This document shows positions 22,038 to 30,413 of a DNA stretch of 45,816 nt, one piece after another. Source of the DNA: an uncultured Actinomycetes bacterium (GTDB lineage: Bacteria; Actinomycetota; Actinomycetes; S36-B12); assembly GCA_913061025.1 (NCBI GenBank), contig CAJXUJ010000001.1:1-45816 (forward strand). Reading direction: 5' to 3'. Each line of letters starts with the position of its first letter. Within the stretch, counting starts at the first letter, position 1. The position numbers and the translations under genes were made by a program. The notes beneath the pieces are model-generated. The model did not search any database. It was given only the letters and a program-made list of their open reading frames with translations, and was not told where the DNA came from.

Positions 22038-22091
22038 GGAACTGTCATGTGGTGCAGGCACGGGACGACGTTGGCCCGTGGGGTGTGAAGT

Positions 22092-22979
22092 CTAACCCGA
22101 CTCGACCTTCGAGGACTCCTCAGCCTCACCGCTGGCGAGCACTTCCCTTCCGGGGCGGGTGCGTGCCGACCAGACCAGGTAGATCAGGGCACCGAGCCCG
22201 ACGATGATGGAGGTCCAGACATTGAGTCGGATGCCACCGACGGTGTTGACCGGATCGATGCGCAGGGCCTCGATCCATACCCGGCCGGCGGTGTAGAGCA
22301 GGACGTACAGGGCGAACGCCCGACCATGGCCCATGGTGAAGCGCCGGTCGGCCCAGATAACCACGAGCGCTACCCCGACCAGCCACAGCGACTCATACAG
22401 GAACGTCGGGTGGAAGGTCTCGAAAGCTTCGTATCCGTCGGGGCGGCGGGCCGGCGAGATCTCCAGCCCCCACGGCAAATCCGTAGGCCGTCCGAACAGT
22501 TCCTGGTTGAACCAGTTGCCCCATCGTCCGATCGCCTGAGCGAGCGCGATGCCGGGTGCGATGGCGTCGGCGATCGGGGGCAATGCCACGTGGTGTCGAC
22601 GTGCACCGATCCAGGCGCCAAGCGCCCCGAGCAGGACCGCACCCCAGATGCCCAGACCGCCGTCCCAGATTCGAAAGGCCGCCGCCAGTCCACGACCATC
22701 GGGGCCGAAGTAGATCTGCCAGTCGCTCAGTACGTGGTAGATCCGGCCGCCAACGATCCCGAAGGGAACCGCCCACAGGGCAATGTCAGTGATCAATCCC
22801 GGCTGCCCGCCCCGGGCTACGTACCGTCGGTTACCTAGCCAAATCGCGACGACGATCCCGAGGATGATCGCCAGCGCGTAGGCGCGGACCGGGACCGGAC
22901 CGATGCTCCACGATCCCTGCTCTGGACTCGGGATCGACGCGAGAACATTGCTCGCAAGCACACCTGCGCTCATGGACAT
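22092..22979 (-). CDS. lgt: Prolipoprotein diacylglyceryl transferase
   Basis: 295 aa, polytopic. Shows GGRIYH, IGRWGNWFNQELFGRPT and HPTFLYESLW, all Lgt signatures. Confidence 0.93.
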   Translation of the reverse strand: MSMSAGVLASNVLASIPSPEQGSWSIGPVPVRAYALAIILGIVVAIWLGNRRYVARGGQPGLITDIALWAVPFGIVGGRIYHVLSDWQIYFGPDGRGLAAAFRIWDGGLGIWGAVLLGALGAWIGARRHHVALPPIADAIAPGIALAQAIGRWGNWFNQELFGRPTDLPWGLEISPARRPDGYEAFETFHPTFLYESLWLVGVALVVIWADRRFTMGHGRAFALYVLLYTAGRVWIEALRIDPVNTVGGIRLNVWTSIIVGLGALIYLVWSARTRPGREVLASGEAEESSKVESG

Positions 22980-22991
22980 TAGCCGCCAGCA

Positions 22992-23792
22992 CTAGCTGCC
23001 GGCGGCCTCGGTGATCGCCGCGAGCAGTGCCGCCTTATCGGCGAGCGTCGCATTGGGGACCTCGATGCCGTTGACTTTGCCGAACGGCGTTCCCGCCACA
23101 CCGCCGTCGTAGAACTCCTGCGTCGAGTTGGCTGCCCAGACCCGGTAGGTCTCATCGGCCACACAGGTGGAGAAAGCATCGAGGCTGTCTCCGCTCATGC
23201 CGATCTCCTCGGCGATAGCGATGAAGTCGTCGTTGGGCCAGCCATCGCCCTCTTCCTGAGGCTGATTGGAGTACACGGCGTCGTGGAACTCGCGCGTGTA
23301 ACCCTGGTCGATAGCGCAACCCCACGCGGCGATGGCTCGGTTGGATGCATCGTTGCCCAGGTTCCTGTCGAGGAAGGCAGTCGGCCGCCAGATGACCTGT
23401 GCCACACCGGTCTCACCGAGCTCGGCGATCCCGGCACCATTGGCTTCCTCCAGTGCCGCGCAGGCAGGACATTGGAAGTCTTCCCACAGTTCGATGACCG
23501 GGGCACCTTCGGCAGCAGTTCCGTAGGGAACGCCGAAGGCCCATTCGCTATCGGCTCCGAGCACACCTTCGGGAACAGGTGCTGTGGGATCGGGCTCGAT
23601 AATGTCGATGGCGTTCGCGTTCTGCTCGGAACTGCGGGCGAAAAGGGCCACACCGATGATGCCCGCAACCACGGCCAGGACGGCCACGGCGCCGATGATC
23701 CGGACCGTGCGTTCGCGACGCTTCTCGCTAGCCTGCGCTGCCTCCCGCGCCGCTGCCGCCCGCTCTCGCCTGTCCCTGCTGCCGCCTGCCAT
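22992..23792 (-). CDS. Membrane-anchored DsbA-family thiol:disulfide oxidoreductase
   Basis: 266 aa. Has an Arg/Glu-rich cytoplasmic N-terminus, one TM segment (IIGAVAVLAVVAGIIGVALFA), and a thioredoxin fold with the CPAC active site (LWEDFQCPACAALEE). ATG at 23792 with GGAG 5 nt upstream. Confidence 0.85.
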   Translation of the reverse strand: MAGGSRDRRERAAAAREAAQASEKRRERTVRIIGAVAVLAVVAGIIGVALFARSSEQNANAIDIIEPDPTAPVPEGVLGADSEWAFGVPYGTAAEGAPVIELWEDFQCPACAALEEANGAGIAELGETGVAQVIWRPTAFLDRNLGNDASNRAIAAWGCAIDQGYTREFHDAVYSNQPQEEGDGWPNDDFIAIAEEIGMSGDSLDAFSTCVADETYRVWAANSTQEFYDGGVAGTPFGKVNGIEVPNATLADKAALLAAITEAAGS

Positions 23793-23906
23793 CGAAACTC
23801 CATTCGTGCGTCACCGTCGTGGTGCAGAACTCCCAGGATAGTTCGGGGTGGACGACGGCGCTTCCGACGGGCCACCGAAATCGATCAGCCGATCTCAAGC
23901 GCCAGA

Positions 23907-24713
23907 TTAGGAACCCGAACGCACGCCGGCGGCCAGTTCCGCGGCGAAGGCCGAGACGTCCGCAATCGCCTGATCGAAGGTCGGGGCATCAAGGATTCGC
24001 CGGATGAACGCCGATCCGACAATGACACCATCGGCGTAGGCAGCAATGGAAGCGGCCTGCTCCCCCGACGAGACGCCCAGGCCGACGCCGATTGGCGTGT
24101 CGGTATGCGAACGCACACGCGCCACCAGTTCCGGGGCTGCATCGCTCACCACGTCACGTGCGCCGGTGACACCCATCGTCGATGCCGCGTACACGAACCC
24201 GGTGCACACGCCGGACACGACATCGATGCGAGCGTCGCTCGACGACGGAGCGACCAGAAACGTTCGGTCCACGCCAGACGCATCGGTGGCATCAATCCAC
24301 GGCCCGGCTTCCTCAGGGGTGAGGTCCGGGGTGATCACGCCGCTGCCTCCGGCATCGGCCAATTCACGAGCGAACCGATCCACCCCGAAACGCTCGATCG
24401 GATTCCAGTAGCTCATGACGTAGATCGCCTGGTCGACACCCGGCTCCAACCTGCGCACCACATCGAGCACATCCGACGTGGTTACGCCGGCCGCGAGGGC
24501 CTTCTCCACCGACTCTTGAATGGCCGGACCGTCCATCAACGGGTCCGAGTACGGCAGACCCACCTCGAGGAGGTCCACGCCCGCATCGAGCATGGCCTGA
24601 AGTACCTCGACGCTCTGATCGACGGTGGGGAATCCAGCCGGAACGTATCCGATGAGCGCCGCACGATTCCCATTCCTGGCAGCCTCAAATACCGCGGTGG
24701 ATGCTTGATTCAC
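23907..24713 (-). CDS. trpA: Tryptophan synthase alpha chain
   Basis: Shows ALIGYVPAGFP and VGLPYSDPLMDGPAIQ. The start is set at the GTG at 24713, 7 nt after the trpB stop. The upstream 24 codons of the track ORF overlap trpB. Confidence 0.93.
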   Translation of the reverse strand: MNQASTAVFEAARNGNRAALIGYVPAGFPTVDQSVEVLQAMLDAGVDLLEVGLPYSDPLMDGPAIQESVEKALAAGVTTSDVLDVVRRLEPGVDQAIYVMSYWNPIERFGVDRFARELADAGGSGVITPDLTPEEAGPWIDATDASGVDRTFLVAPSSSDARIDVVSGVCTGFVYAASTMGVTGARDVVSDAAPELVARVRSHTDTPIGVGLGVSSGEQAASIAAYADGVIVGSAFIRRILDAPTFDQAIADVSAFAAELAAGVRSGS

Positions 24714-24720
24714 CGAACGC

Positions 24721-25980
24721 TCACTCGCCCGACGTCGAGTTGAGGCCGAACCACCGCGCAGCGGTTTCAACGTCCTTGTCTCCACGGCCCGACAGGTTCA
24801 CCACGATGACGGCATCGGGACCGAGCTCGCGACCCAATCGCATCGCGCCGGCAAGAGCGTGCGCGGTCTCGATCGCCGGAATGATGCCCTCGGTCCGACT
24901 GAGAACCGCGAACGCCTCCATCGCTTGACTGTCCGTCACCGGTTCGTAGGTAGCCCGACCGGTGTCGTGCAGCCACGCGTGCTCGGGACCGACGCCCGGA
25001 TAGTCCAAGCCGGCGCTGATCGAGTGCGAGGGAACGGTCTGGCCCCACTCGTCTTGCATGACGTACGTGCGGGTGCCGTGCAAGACCCCGGGGGCTCCCA
25101 TCGCGAATCGAGCCGCATGTCGACCCGTCTCGATTCCTTCGCCACCAGCTTCGTAGCCCACGAGTCGGACCTCGGGATCGTCGATGAACCCGGAGAACAA
25201 TCCCATCGCATTCGATCCGCCGCCGACGCATGCCACCGCCGCATCAGGTAGCCGGCCCTCGATGGCCAGGATCTGCTCGCGGGTCTCGCGTCCGATCACG
25301 CTGTGGAAGTGGCGCACCATCCGCGGGAAGGGAGCCGGCCCCGTAACCGTGCCGAGAAGGTAGTGCGTGGAGTCGACGTTGGTGACCCAATCGCGCATCG
25401 CCTCGTTGATCGCGTCCTTGAGAGTCTGACTTCCCGTGGTGACAGGAACAACGGTCGCGCCGAGCAATTCCATCCGAGCCACGTTGAGCGCCTGACGCTG
25501 AGTGTCTTCGTAACCCATGTAGACGACGCACTCCAGACCCATCAGTGCCGCCGCAGTGGCCGAAGCGACGCCGTGCTGACCAGCCCCGGTCTCGGCGATG
25601 ATCCGACTCTTGCCCATGCGAGCGGTGAGGAGAGCTTGACCGAGAACGTTGTTGATCTTGTGGGATCCGGTGTGGTTTAGGTCCTCGCGCTTGAGGTACA
25701 CGCGCGCACCGCCGCACTGCTGCTCGAAGCGCCGCGCCCGGGTCAGCGGCGAGGGCCGACCGGTGTAATCGCGTTCCAGATCCGCAAGCTCCGCCGCGAA
25801 CGATGGATCAACCAATGCGGCGTCGAACGCCTCTTCTAGTTGATCAAGCGCGGCCATCAGCGCCTCGGGAACGAACCGGCCTCCGTAGGGACCGAAGTGA
25901 CCTTTTTCAGTCGAGCTATCCGCGGCCGCGCCCGGAGTCGCTTCCGTAATTCCTGCCGGAATGCCTGCGGTTGCCGTCAT
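24721..25980 (-). CDS. trpB: Tryptophan synthase beta chain
   Basis: 419 aa. Shows [13 protein letters not shown], the PLP lysine in HTGSHKINN, and [12 protein letters not shown] overlap with the trpC stop. Confidence 0.97.
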   Translation of the reverse strand: MTATAGIPAGITEATPGAAADSSTEKGHFGPYGGRFVPEALMAALDQLEEAFDAALVDPSFAAELADLERDYTGRPSPLTRARRFEQQCGGARVYLKREDLNHTGSHKINNVLGQALLTARMGKSRIIAETGAGQHGVASATAAALMGLECVVYMGYEDTQRQALNVARMELLGATVVPVTTGSQTLKDAINEAMRDWVTNVDSTHYLLGTVTGPAPFPRMVRHFHSVIGRETREQILAIEGRLPDAAVACVGGGSNAMGLFSGFIDDPEVRLVGYEAGGEGIETGRHAARFAMGAPGVLHGTRTYVMQDEWGQTVPSHSISAGLDYPGVGPEHAWLHDTGRATYEPVTDSQAMEAFAVLSRTEGIIPAIETAHALAGAMRLGRELGPDAVIVVNLSGRGDKDVETAARWFGLNSTSGE

Positions 25981-26795
25981 GACGACATTCTCTTTCCCTG
26001 CCGCAACGCCGGGTGCGCGCCGGCCGTAACAAGATCGTGCACTGCGGCCCGCGGATCCTTTCCAGTGACCAGGCTCTCGCCGACCAAAACCGCGTCAGCG
26101 CCTGCTTCTGCGTAGGCGATCAAATCGTGCGGTTCCCGAACACCCGACTCGGCGATCTTTATGCATGAATCCGGAATCAGGTGTGCGACTCGGGCGAACA
26201 CCCCGCGGTCTATCTCGAGTGTCTTGAGATTCCTGGCATTGACACCGATGACGTCGGCACCGGCATCGAGCGCTCGGGAGATCTCCTGCTCGTCGTGAAC
26301 CTCGACGAGCGGGGTCAAACCGAGGCTTCGCGCGCGCTCGACGAGAGAGACGAGTGCGTCCTGTTCGAGTGCGGCCACGATCAACAGCACGAGGTCTGCT
26401 CCGTAGGCGCGCGCCTCCCAGAGTTGATAACTGCCGACCACGAAGTCCTTGCGGAGAACCGGAATGTCCACGACCGCTCGCACCGACGCGAGATCATCGA
26501 GACTCCCGCCGAAACGGCGTTCCTCGGTCAACACGCTGATGCAGTGCGCCCCACCGGCTTCGTAGTCGCTCGCGAGGGCGGAGGGATCAGCGATCTCGGC
26601 GAGTGGACCCTTGCTCGGACTCTGACGCTTGACCTCTGCGATCACGCACACTTCGTCGGCCGCCAACACTGCCCGCGGGTCACGGGCCGGAGGCGTGCTC
26701 GCTGCTCGGTCTTTGAGTTCATCGAGCGGCACCTGCGCCATTCGCGCTGCCACGTCCTCACGGACGCCAGCGAGGATGTCGTCAAGGACGGTCAC
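25977..26795 (-). CDS. trpC: Indole-3-glycerol phosphate synthase
   Basis: 272 aa. Shows [18 protein letters not shown] and [11 protein letters not shown] start at 26795. Confidence 0.95.
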   Translation of the reverse strand: MTVLDDILAGVREDVAARMAQVPLDELKDRAASTPPARDPRAVLAADEVCVIAEVKRQSPSKGPLAEIADPSALASDYEAGGAHCISVLTEERRFGGSLDDLASVRAVVDIPVLRKDFVVGSYQLWEARAYGADLVLLIVAALEQDALVSLVERARSLGLTPLVEVHDEQEISRALDAGADVIGVNARNLKTLEIDRGVFARVAHLIPDSCIKIAESGVREPHDLIAYAEAGADAVLVGESLVTGKDPRAAVHDLVTAGAHPALRQGKRMSS

Positions 26796-26861
26796 AGGGC
26801 CACAGTACGCCCGGCACGGCGACGGGCAATCGGGGCTCTAGACAAGCCACCGGGCTGATCC

Positions 26862-27320
26862 TTATCCGGCTCCAGACCCGAGGTAGGGAACGAAGTTACG
26901 CACGACTCCGAACGCGAGAACCGCGATCAGCACCCCCACCCACATTCGTGAGCGGCGGGCCTGCGTCGGAATGTCCACCCTTGGCCTACGTCCAGTCCAT
27001 GCCCGAAACGCCCAAATGCCAAACGCGACGATCGCGAGCGGCCACGCGATGACGAGGAGGACGTTGTGGTCCAGCATTCCCGAAAAATCGCCGTGCAGAA
27101 GATCGTAGGTACCCCTCATCCCGCCACACCCCGGGCAATCGATGCCGAACCACATCTGACTCGGACAGCCCGGGTAGTGCCCGGGGACGTTGGGGTCCAC
27201 GGCCCGTAGGTAGAGACTGCCGACAATCGCCGCGACGCCCGTGGCAACAACCGGGAGCAACCGTCGACGCAGGGAGCGCTCGTCGGTCACCATCTCCCGC
27301 GTCGTCACCTGTTCGACCAC
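26862..27320 (-). CDS. DUF2752-like small membrane protein
   Basis: 152 aa. Has a TM segment, then GCPSQMWFGIDCPGCGGMRG (the CPxCG motif typical of DUF2752), then two more TM segments. It sits 9 nt downstream of the kinase stop. The start (GTG at 27320) is uncertain. Confidence 0.7.
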   Translation of the reverse strand: MVEQVTTREMVTDERSLRRRLLPVVATGVAAIVGSLYLRAVDPNVPGHYPGCPSQMWFGIDCPGCGGMRGTYDLLHGDFSGMLDHNVLLVIAWPLAIVAFGIWAFRAWTGRRPRVDIPTQARRSRMWVGVLIAVLAFGVVRNFVPYLGSGAG

Positions 27321-27329
27321 GGCTCCACC

Positions 27330-28727
27330 TTACGTCGGCTCGGCGAGTGGAATACGAACCCAGAACGACGTTCCTTCGCCCGCCTTGCTGGTAACGGTCG
27401 CGGACCCACCCATGTTGGACGCCAATCGGGAGACCAGGGCCAAGCCCAGGCCGGTACCCACCGGACGCACTCCGCGATAGCGCTCGTGGAGGGCACCGGG
27501 CTCGAAGGCGACGGCTATATCGTCCTCGGACAACCCTGGGCCTGAGTCGCGGACCTCGAAGACCCCGAAGGAGCCACCGGCGATGTCGGGATCAGTATGC
27601 AATGCCAGGTGGATTGCAGAACCCTGTGGCGAGACACGAAGCGCGTTCTCCATGAGGTTGTCGATGATCTGTCGAATGCGCATGGCGTCGGCGCGCACCA
27701 TCACCGGTTCGGCCAACCGATCGACGGAGAAGCGGACGTCGTCGTTGTCACAGCGTGCTCGCCACACCTGCTCGGCTTCCTCGAGGACCTCACGAGCATC
27801 GATGTCGGCAGCGTCGATATGGAAGTCGACGGCGCCCATCCGCGCAAGATCCAACAGATCGTTGACCAATCGATTGAGCCGACTCGCTTCGCCAGCGATA
27901 GTCGACCCGACGGCGGGCAGTTCATCGGACGGCAAGACGTTGTCAGCCAACGCTTCTCCATAGCCCTTCACCGCCGTCAGTGGCGTGCGCAACTCATGCG
28001 AGACCGAGAGCAGGAATTCACGCTGACGACCCTCGGACACGACGAGTGCAGCATTGAGTGCGTTCAACGCCTCGGCGATGTCGGCAACCTCGGCAGGACC
28101 GGTCGGATTGAGATGTTCTTCGCGGCGCCCCTCGGCCATTCGATGTGCGACGCCCTGCGCATCACGAAGTGGTCGGGCCAAACGCCTAGCGACCAGGTAG
28201 GCGATACCCACGGCAATGAGCAGTCCCAGACCCAAGGCGGCCGCGATCCGCGTCAGGAACAGACCTGTGGTTTCACTCGCGACAGAAACCGGCTGGGTTA
28301 AGAACACCGCCCCTTGGGTAATGGGACGGCCCTCAATCAAGATGGCTTGCCCCTGATCATCCTGTCCGCGACCGGAAATCGAGTTGCCCGCCAACACCTC
28401 ATCGACGAATTCCTGCGAGGCCCCCGGCGGCACGCCACCCTCGGGACCTATCAGATAACCGGTGACGTCCTCTTCGCGAAGAATCCGCTCAAGTGGTCGC
28501 GGGATGGGCTGATCCCGAGGAGCCCGAGCCTCGCGTCGGTCCACGTATACGGATGTGAGATCGGCGAGTCGACCGAGAGCACCGGTTGCCTCCGCAACCG
28601 CAGCACCCTGGACGAATGGAGCCGCTGCTACCCCGGCAACGAGAACCGCGATGGCAGCTATCGCGGACGCCAGGAGAACCGTCTGCGTGACGATTCCCAG
28701 ACGTTTGCGTTGACCACTTTCAGCCAT
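27330..28727 (-). CDS. Sensor histidine kinase (two TM segments, HAMP, HisKA, HATPase_c)
   Basis: The start is the ATG at 28727 (MAESGQRKRLGIVTQTVLLASAIAAIAVLVAG), 2 nt after the response-regulator stop. The upstream 109 codons of the track ORF overlap the regulator gene. H-box: SVSHELRTPLTAV. N, G1 and G2 boxes: DNLMENALRV, VRDSGPGL, GTGLGLALV. The extracytoplasmic segment of about 120 aa has no motif I recognise. Confidence 0.9.
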   Translation of the reverse strand: MAESGQRKRLGIVTQTVLLASAIAAIAVLVAGVAAAPFVQGAAVAEATGALGRLADLTSVYVDRREARAPRDQPIPRPLERILREEDVTGYLIGPEGGVPPGASQEFVDEVLAGNSISGRGQDDQGQAILIEGRPITQGAVFLTQPVSVASETTGLFLTRIAAALGLGLLIAVGIAYLVARRLARPLRDAQGVAHRMAEGRREEHLNPTGPAEVADIAEALNALNAALVVSEGRQREFLLSVSHELRTPLTAVKGYGEALADNVLPSDELPAVGSTIAGEASRLNRLVNDLLDLARMGAVDFHIDAADIDAREVLEEAEQVWRARCDNDDVRFSVDRLAEPVMVRADAMRIRQIIDNLMENALRVSPQGSAIHLALHTDPDIAGGSFGVFEVRDSGPGLSEDDIAVAFEPGALHERYRGVRPVGTGLGLALVSRLASNMGGSATVTSKAGEGTSFWVRIPLAEPT

Positions 28728-29409
28728 GTCGTGGAACTTCCGCCGCGTAGCCCACGCCGCGCACGGTGCGGATCGGACTCGCATCGCCAAGTTTCGAGCG
28801 AAGTTGCGCAACATGGACGTCGACCGTTCGAGTTCCAACCACCGCTGCGTAGCCCCAGACTTCGGCGAGCAGTTGATCTCGACTGAAAACCCGGCCCGGT
28901 TCGGCAACGAGGTGCGCGAGGAGATCGAACTCGGTGGCGGTGAGCGAGACCTCCTCCTCACCGAGGAAAACGCGTCGCTGGGTGGTGTCAACCGTGACAT
29001 CCCCGACCGAGATCGGCCGACTGTCGCGATGGGCAATACCCGAGCGACGGACAAGCGACTTCACGCGAGCAACCACTTCGCGAGGACTAAAGGGCTTGGT
29101 GACGTAATCGTCCGCACCTAACTCAAGTCCGAGAACTCGATCGACTTCGTCATCGCGAGCGGTGCAGAAGATGACCGGAACCCAATTGTCCTCCGCACGC
29201 AACTGCCGACAGACCTCGGTGCCATCCATTCCCGGCAAGCCCACGTCCAGGATGATCGCCACCGGGTGCTTGGTGCGTGCGGCCGTCAACCCACCCGGCC
29301 CGTCGAATTCGGTGTGCACACCGAAGCCTTCACGGCTCAGGTAGAGACGCAACAGATCGGAGATGGGCTTTTCGTCTTCGACCACGAGGACGAGCCCGCG
29401 TTCACTCAT
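28720..29409 (-). CDS. OmpR/PhoB-family response regulator
   Basis: 229 aa. The receiver domain shows LVVEDE, the phospho-acceptor context AIILDVGLPGMDG, and YVTKPF. The C-terminal winged helix shows RTVDVHVAQLRSKL ... IRTVRGVGY. Confidence 0.93.
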   Translation of the reverse strand: MSERGLVLVVEDEKPISDLLRLYLSREGFGVHTEFDGPGGLTAARTKHPVAIILDVGLPGMDGTEVCRQLRAEDNWVPVIFCTARDDEVDRVLGLELGADDYVTKPFSPREVVARVKSLVRRSGIAHRDSRPISVGDVTVDTTQRRVFLGEEEVSLTATEFDLLAHLVAEPGRVFSRDQLLAEVWGYAAVVGTRTVDVHVAQLRSKLGDASPIRTVRGVGYAAEVPRHG

Positions 29410-29553
29410 GTCCCTAGCGTGGCAGACAGTGGAGCCGAAACTGCCGTTCCAGGGTCACGAACACGTACCTAGATGGTTTGGGAACTGTAAGAGGACCTGG
29501 CGGTGGCTACCCGCAACTAGCTCTGCGAGCCAATCGCGGGAGACTTCTTCTCC

Positions 29554-30144
29554 ATGAACGCCCTGTGGTGGCTGTATGCCGTTGTTCTCGGAGCTGCACT
29601 CGCGAACCTCACTGTGTCGCTCGCCCTCCAGGCGAAAGCTCACTTCGTTTCCGATGTGCGCATTCATCGCCCAACCTTCCTGTGGGGGTTGTTCCTCGGA
29701 CTCCTGGCGATGCAGGCATGGATCGCGTCCGCCGATTACCAGGCGACTCTGGTCGAGGTACCGACGATTGACGCCGTGGCGTTCCTGTGGGTACCGCTGT
29801 CGATCTTGGTTAGTTCGGTCTTCATCGGTGAGCAATGGTGGGAATCGTCACAAGCCGATACCCCCTCAAGCGCGGCCGAGCAGTTCCCGCGAGTCATCTC
29901 ACCGGTCCTATGGGTTCTCGTGGTGATGATCATCGTCAATGAGGTTCAACGAGCGCTGCGCGGCGATCTAGCCGCGGACATCAACCTCTACTTCCCAGCG
30001 TTGCTGGCCCTCATCATGGGTGCTGGCCTCATCTGGCGCCGCTGGCGAGATTCCACGCTCCTGCCCGTCACTGTGCTGCTGACAATGATCGGTTACGTCG
30101 CGCTGGGATATTCGACAGTGGGAGCCAGCCCAGCTGGAGTGTGA
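29554..30144 (+). CDS. Hypothetical six-TM integral membrane protein with no family recognised
   Basis: 196 aa with six hydrophobic spans, for example LWWLYAVVLGAALANLTVSLAL, FLWGLFLGLLAMQAWIASA and LLPVTVLLTMIGYVALGY. It is a clean ORF on the opposite strand to its neighbours, with GGGAGA 10 nt upstream of the ATG. The competing minus-strand ORFs here (29455..29835 and 29968..30267) look like GC-frame artefacts. Its third-position GC is somewhat lower than in neighbouring genes. Confidence 0.6.
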   Translation: MNALWWLYAVVLGAALANLTVSLALQAKAHFVSDVRIHRPTFLWGLFLGLLAMQAWIASADYQATLVEVPTIDAVAFLWVPLSILVSSVFIGEQWWESSQADTPSSAAEQFPRVISPVLWVLVVMIIVNEVQRALRGDLAADINLYFPALLALIMGAGLIWRRWRDSTLLPVTVLLTMIGYVALGYSTVGASPAGV

Positions 30145-30158
30145 GCGTGGGAAGGGAC

Positions 30159-30401
30159 CTACGAGGTCGCGGACTTCGGCTTCTTGCCCAGTCCCATCGC
30201 CTGCATCACCTTGCCGACGATCGCGCCGACTACGACGAGACCAACCCCTACCCAGAACATCGGCCAATTGCCGAGAACGATTGCCAGCGTGCCAACAACG
30301 AATGCGATCGTGATGATGACGACGGCCGTCCAGGCCGCGGGGGTAGAGCCGTGATCATCGTGCTCGGGCACGAGGTGGCTGCTGTCCTGGGCTGCGTCCA
30401 T
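30159..30401 (-). CDS. HGxxPAAW-family small membrane protein
   Basis: Shows DDHGSTPAAWTAVVIITIAFVVGTLAIV followed by a second TM segment, that is, the family motif HGxxPAAW plus two TM spans. The track start at 30413 is a TTG directly abutting the upstream stop. I prefer the ATG at 30401 (MDAAQDSS). Confidence 0.75.
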   Translation of the reverse strand: MDAAQDSSHLVPEHDDHGSTPAAWTAVVIITIAFVVGTLAIVLGNWPMFWVGVGLVVVGAIVGKVMQAMGLGKKPKSATS

Positions 30402-30413
30402 GGTCCTATCCAA

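Noticed and set aside
21978-22091. I looked for GlnR-type (gTnAc-n6-GaAAc) or AmtR-type boxes upstream of gltB.
   Set aside because: I could not find a convincing match by eye. Only the GGCAT-based palindromes stand out, and these are reported separately as a finding.
23793-23906. A possible terminator after trpA: GGTGG...CCACC around 23850..23880, plus a direct repeat CGACGG-n6-CGACGG.
   Set aside because: The stem is only 5 bp with a loop of about 20 nt and no U tract. This is not distinguishable from chance in GC-rich DNA.
29455-29835. A 126-aa minus-strand ORF, with a second at 29968..30267 (99 aa). If real, these would keep the region co-directional with its neighbours.
   Set aside because: Their translations are charged and low-complexity, with no TM or domain pattern. 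The plus-strand frame instead gives six regular hydrophobic spans and a plausible SD. The plus-strand call still has only moderate confidence.
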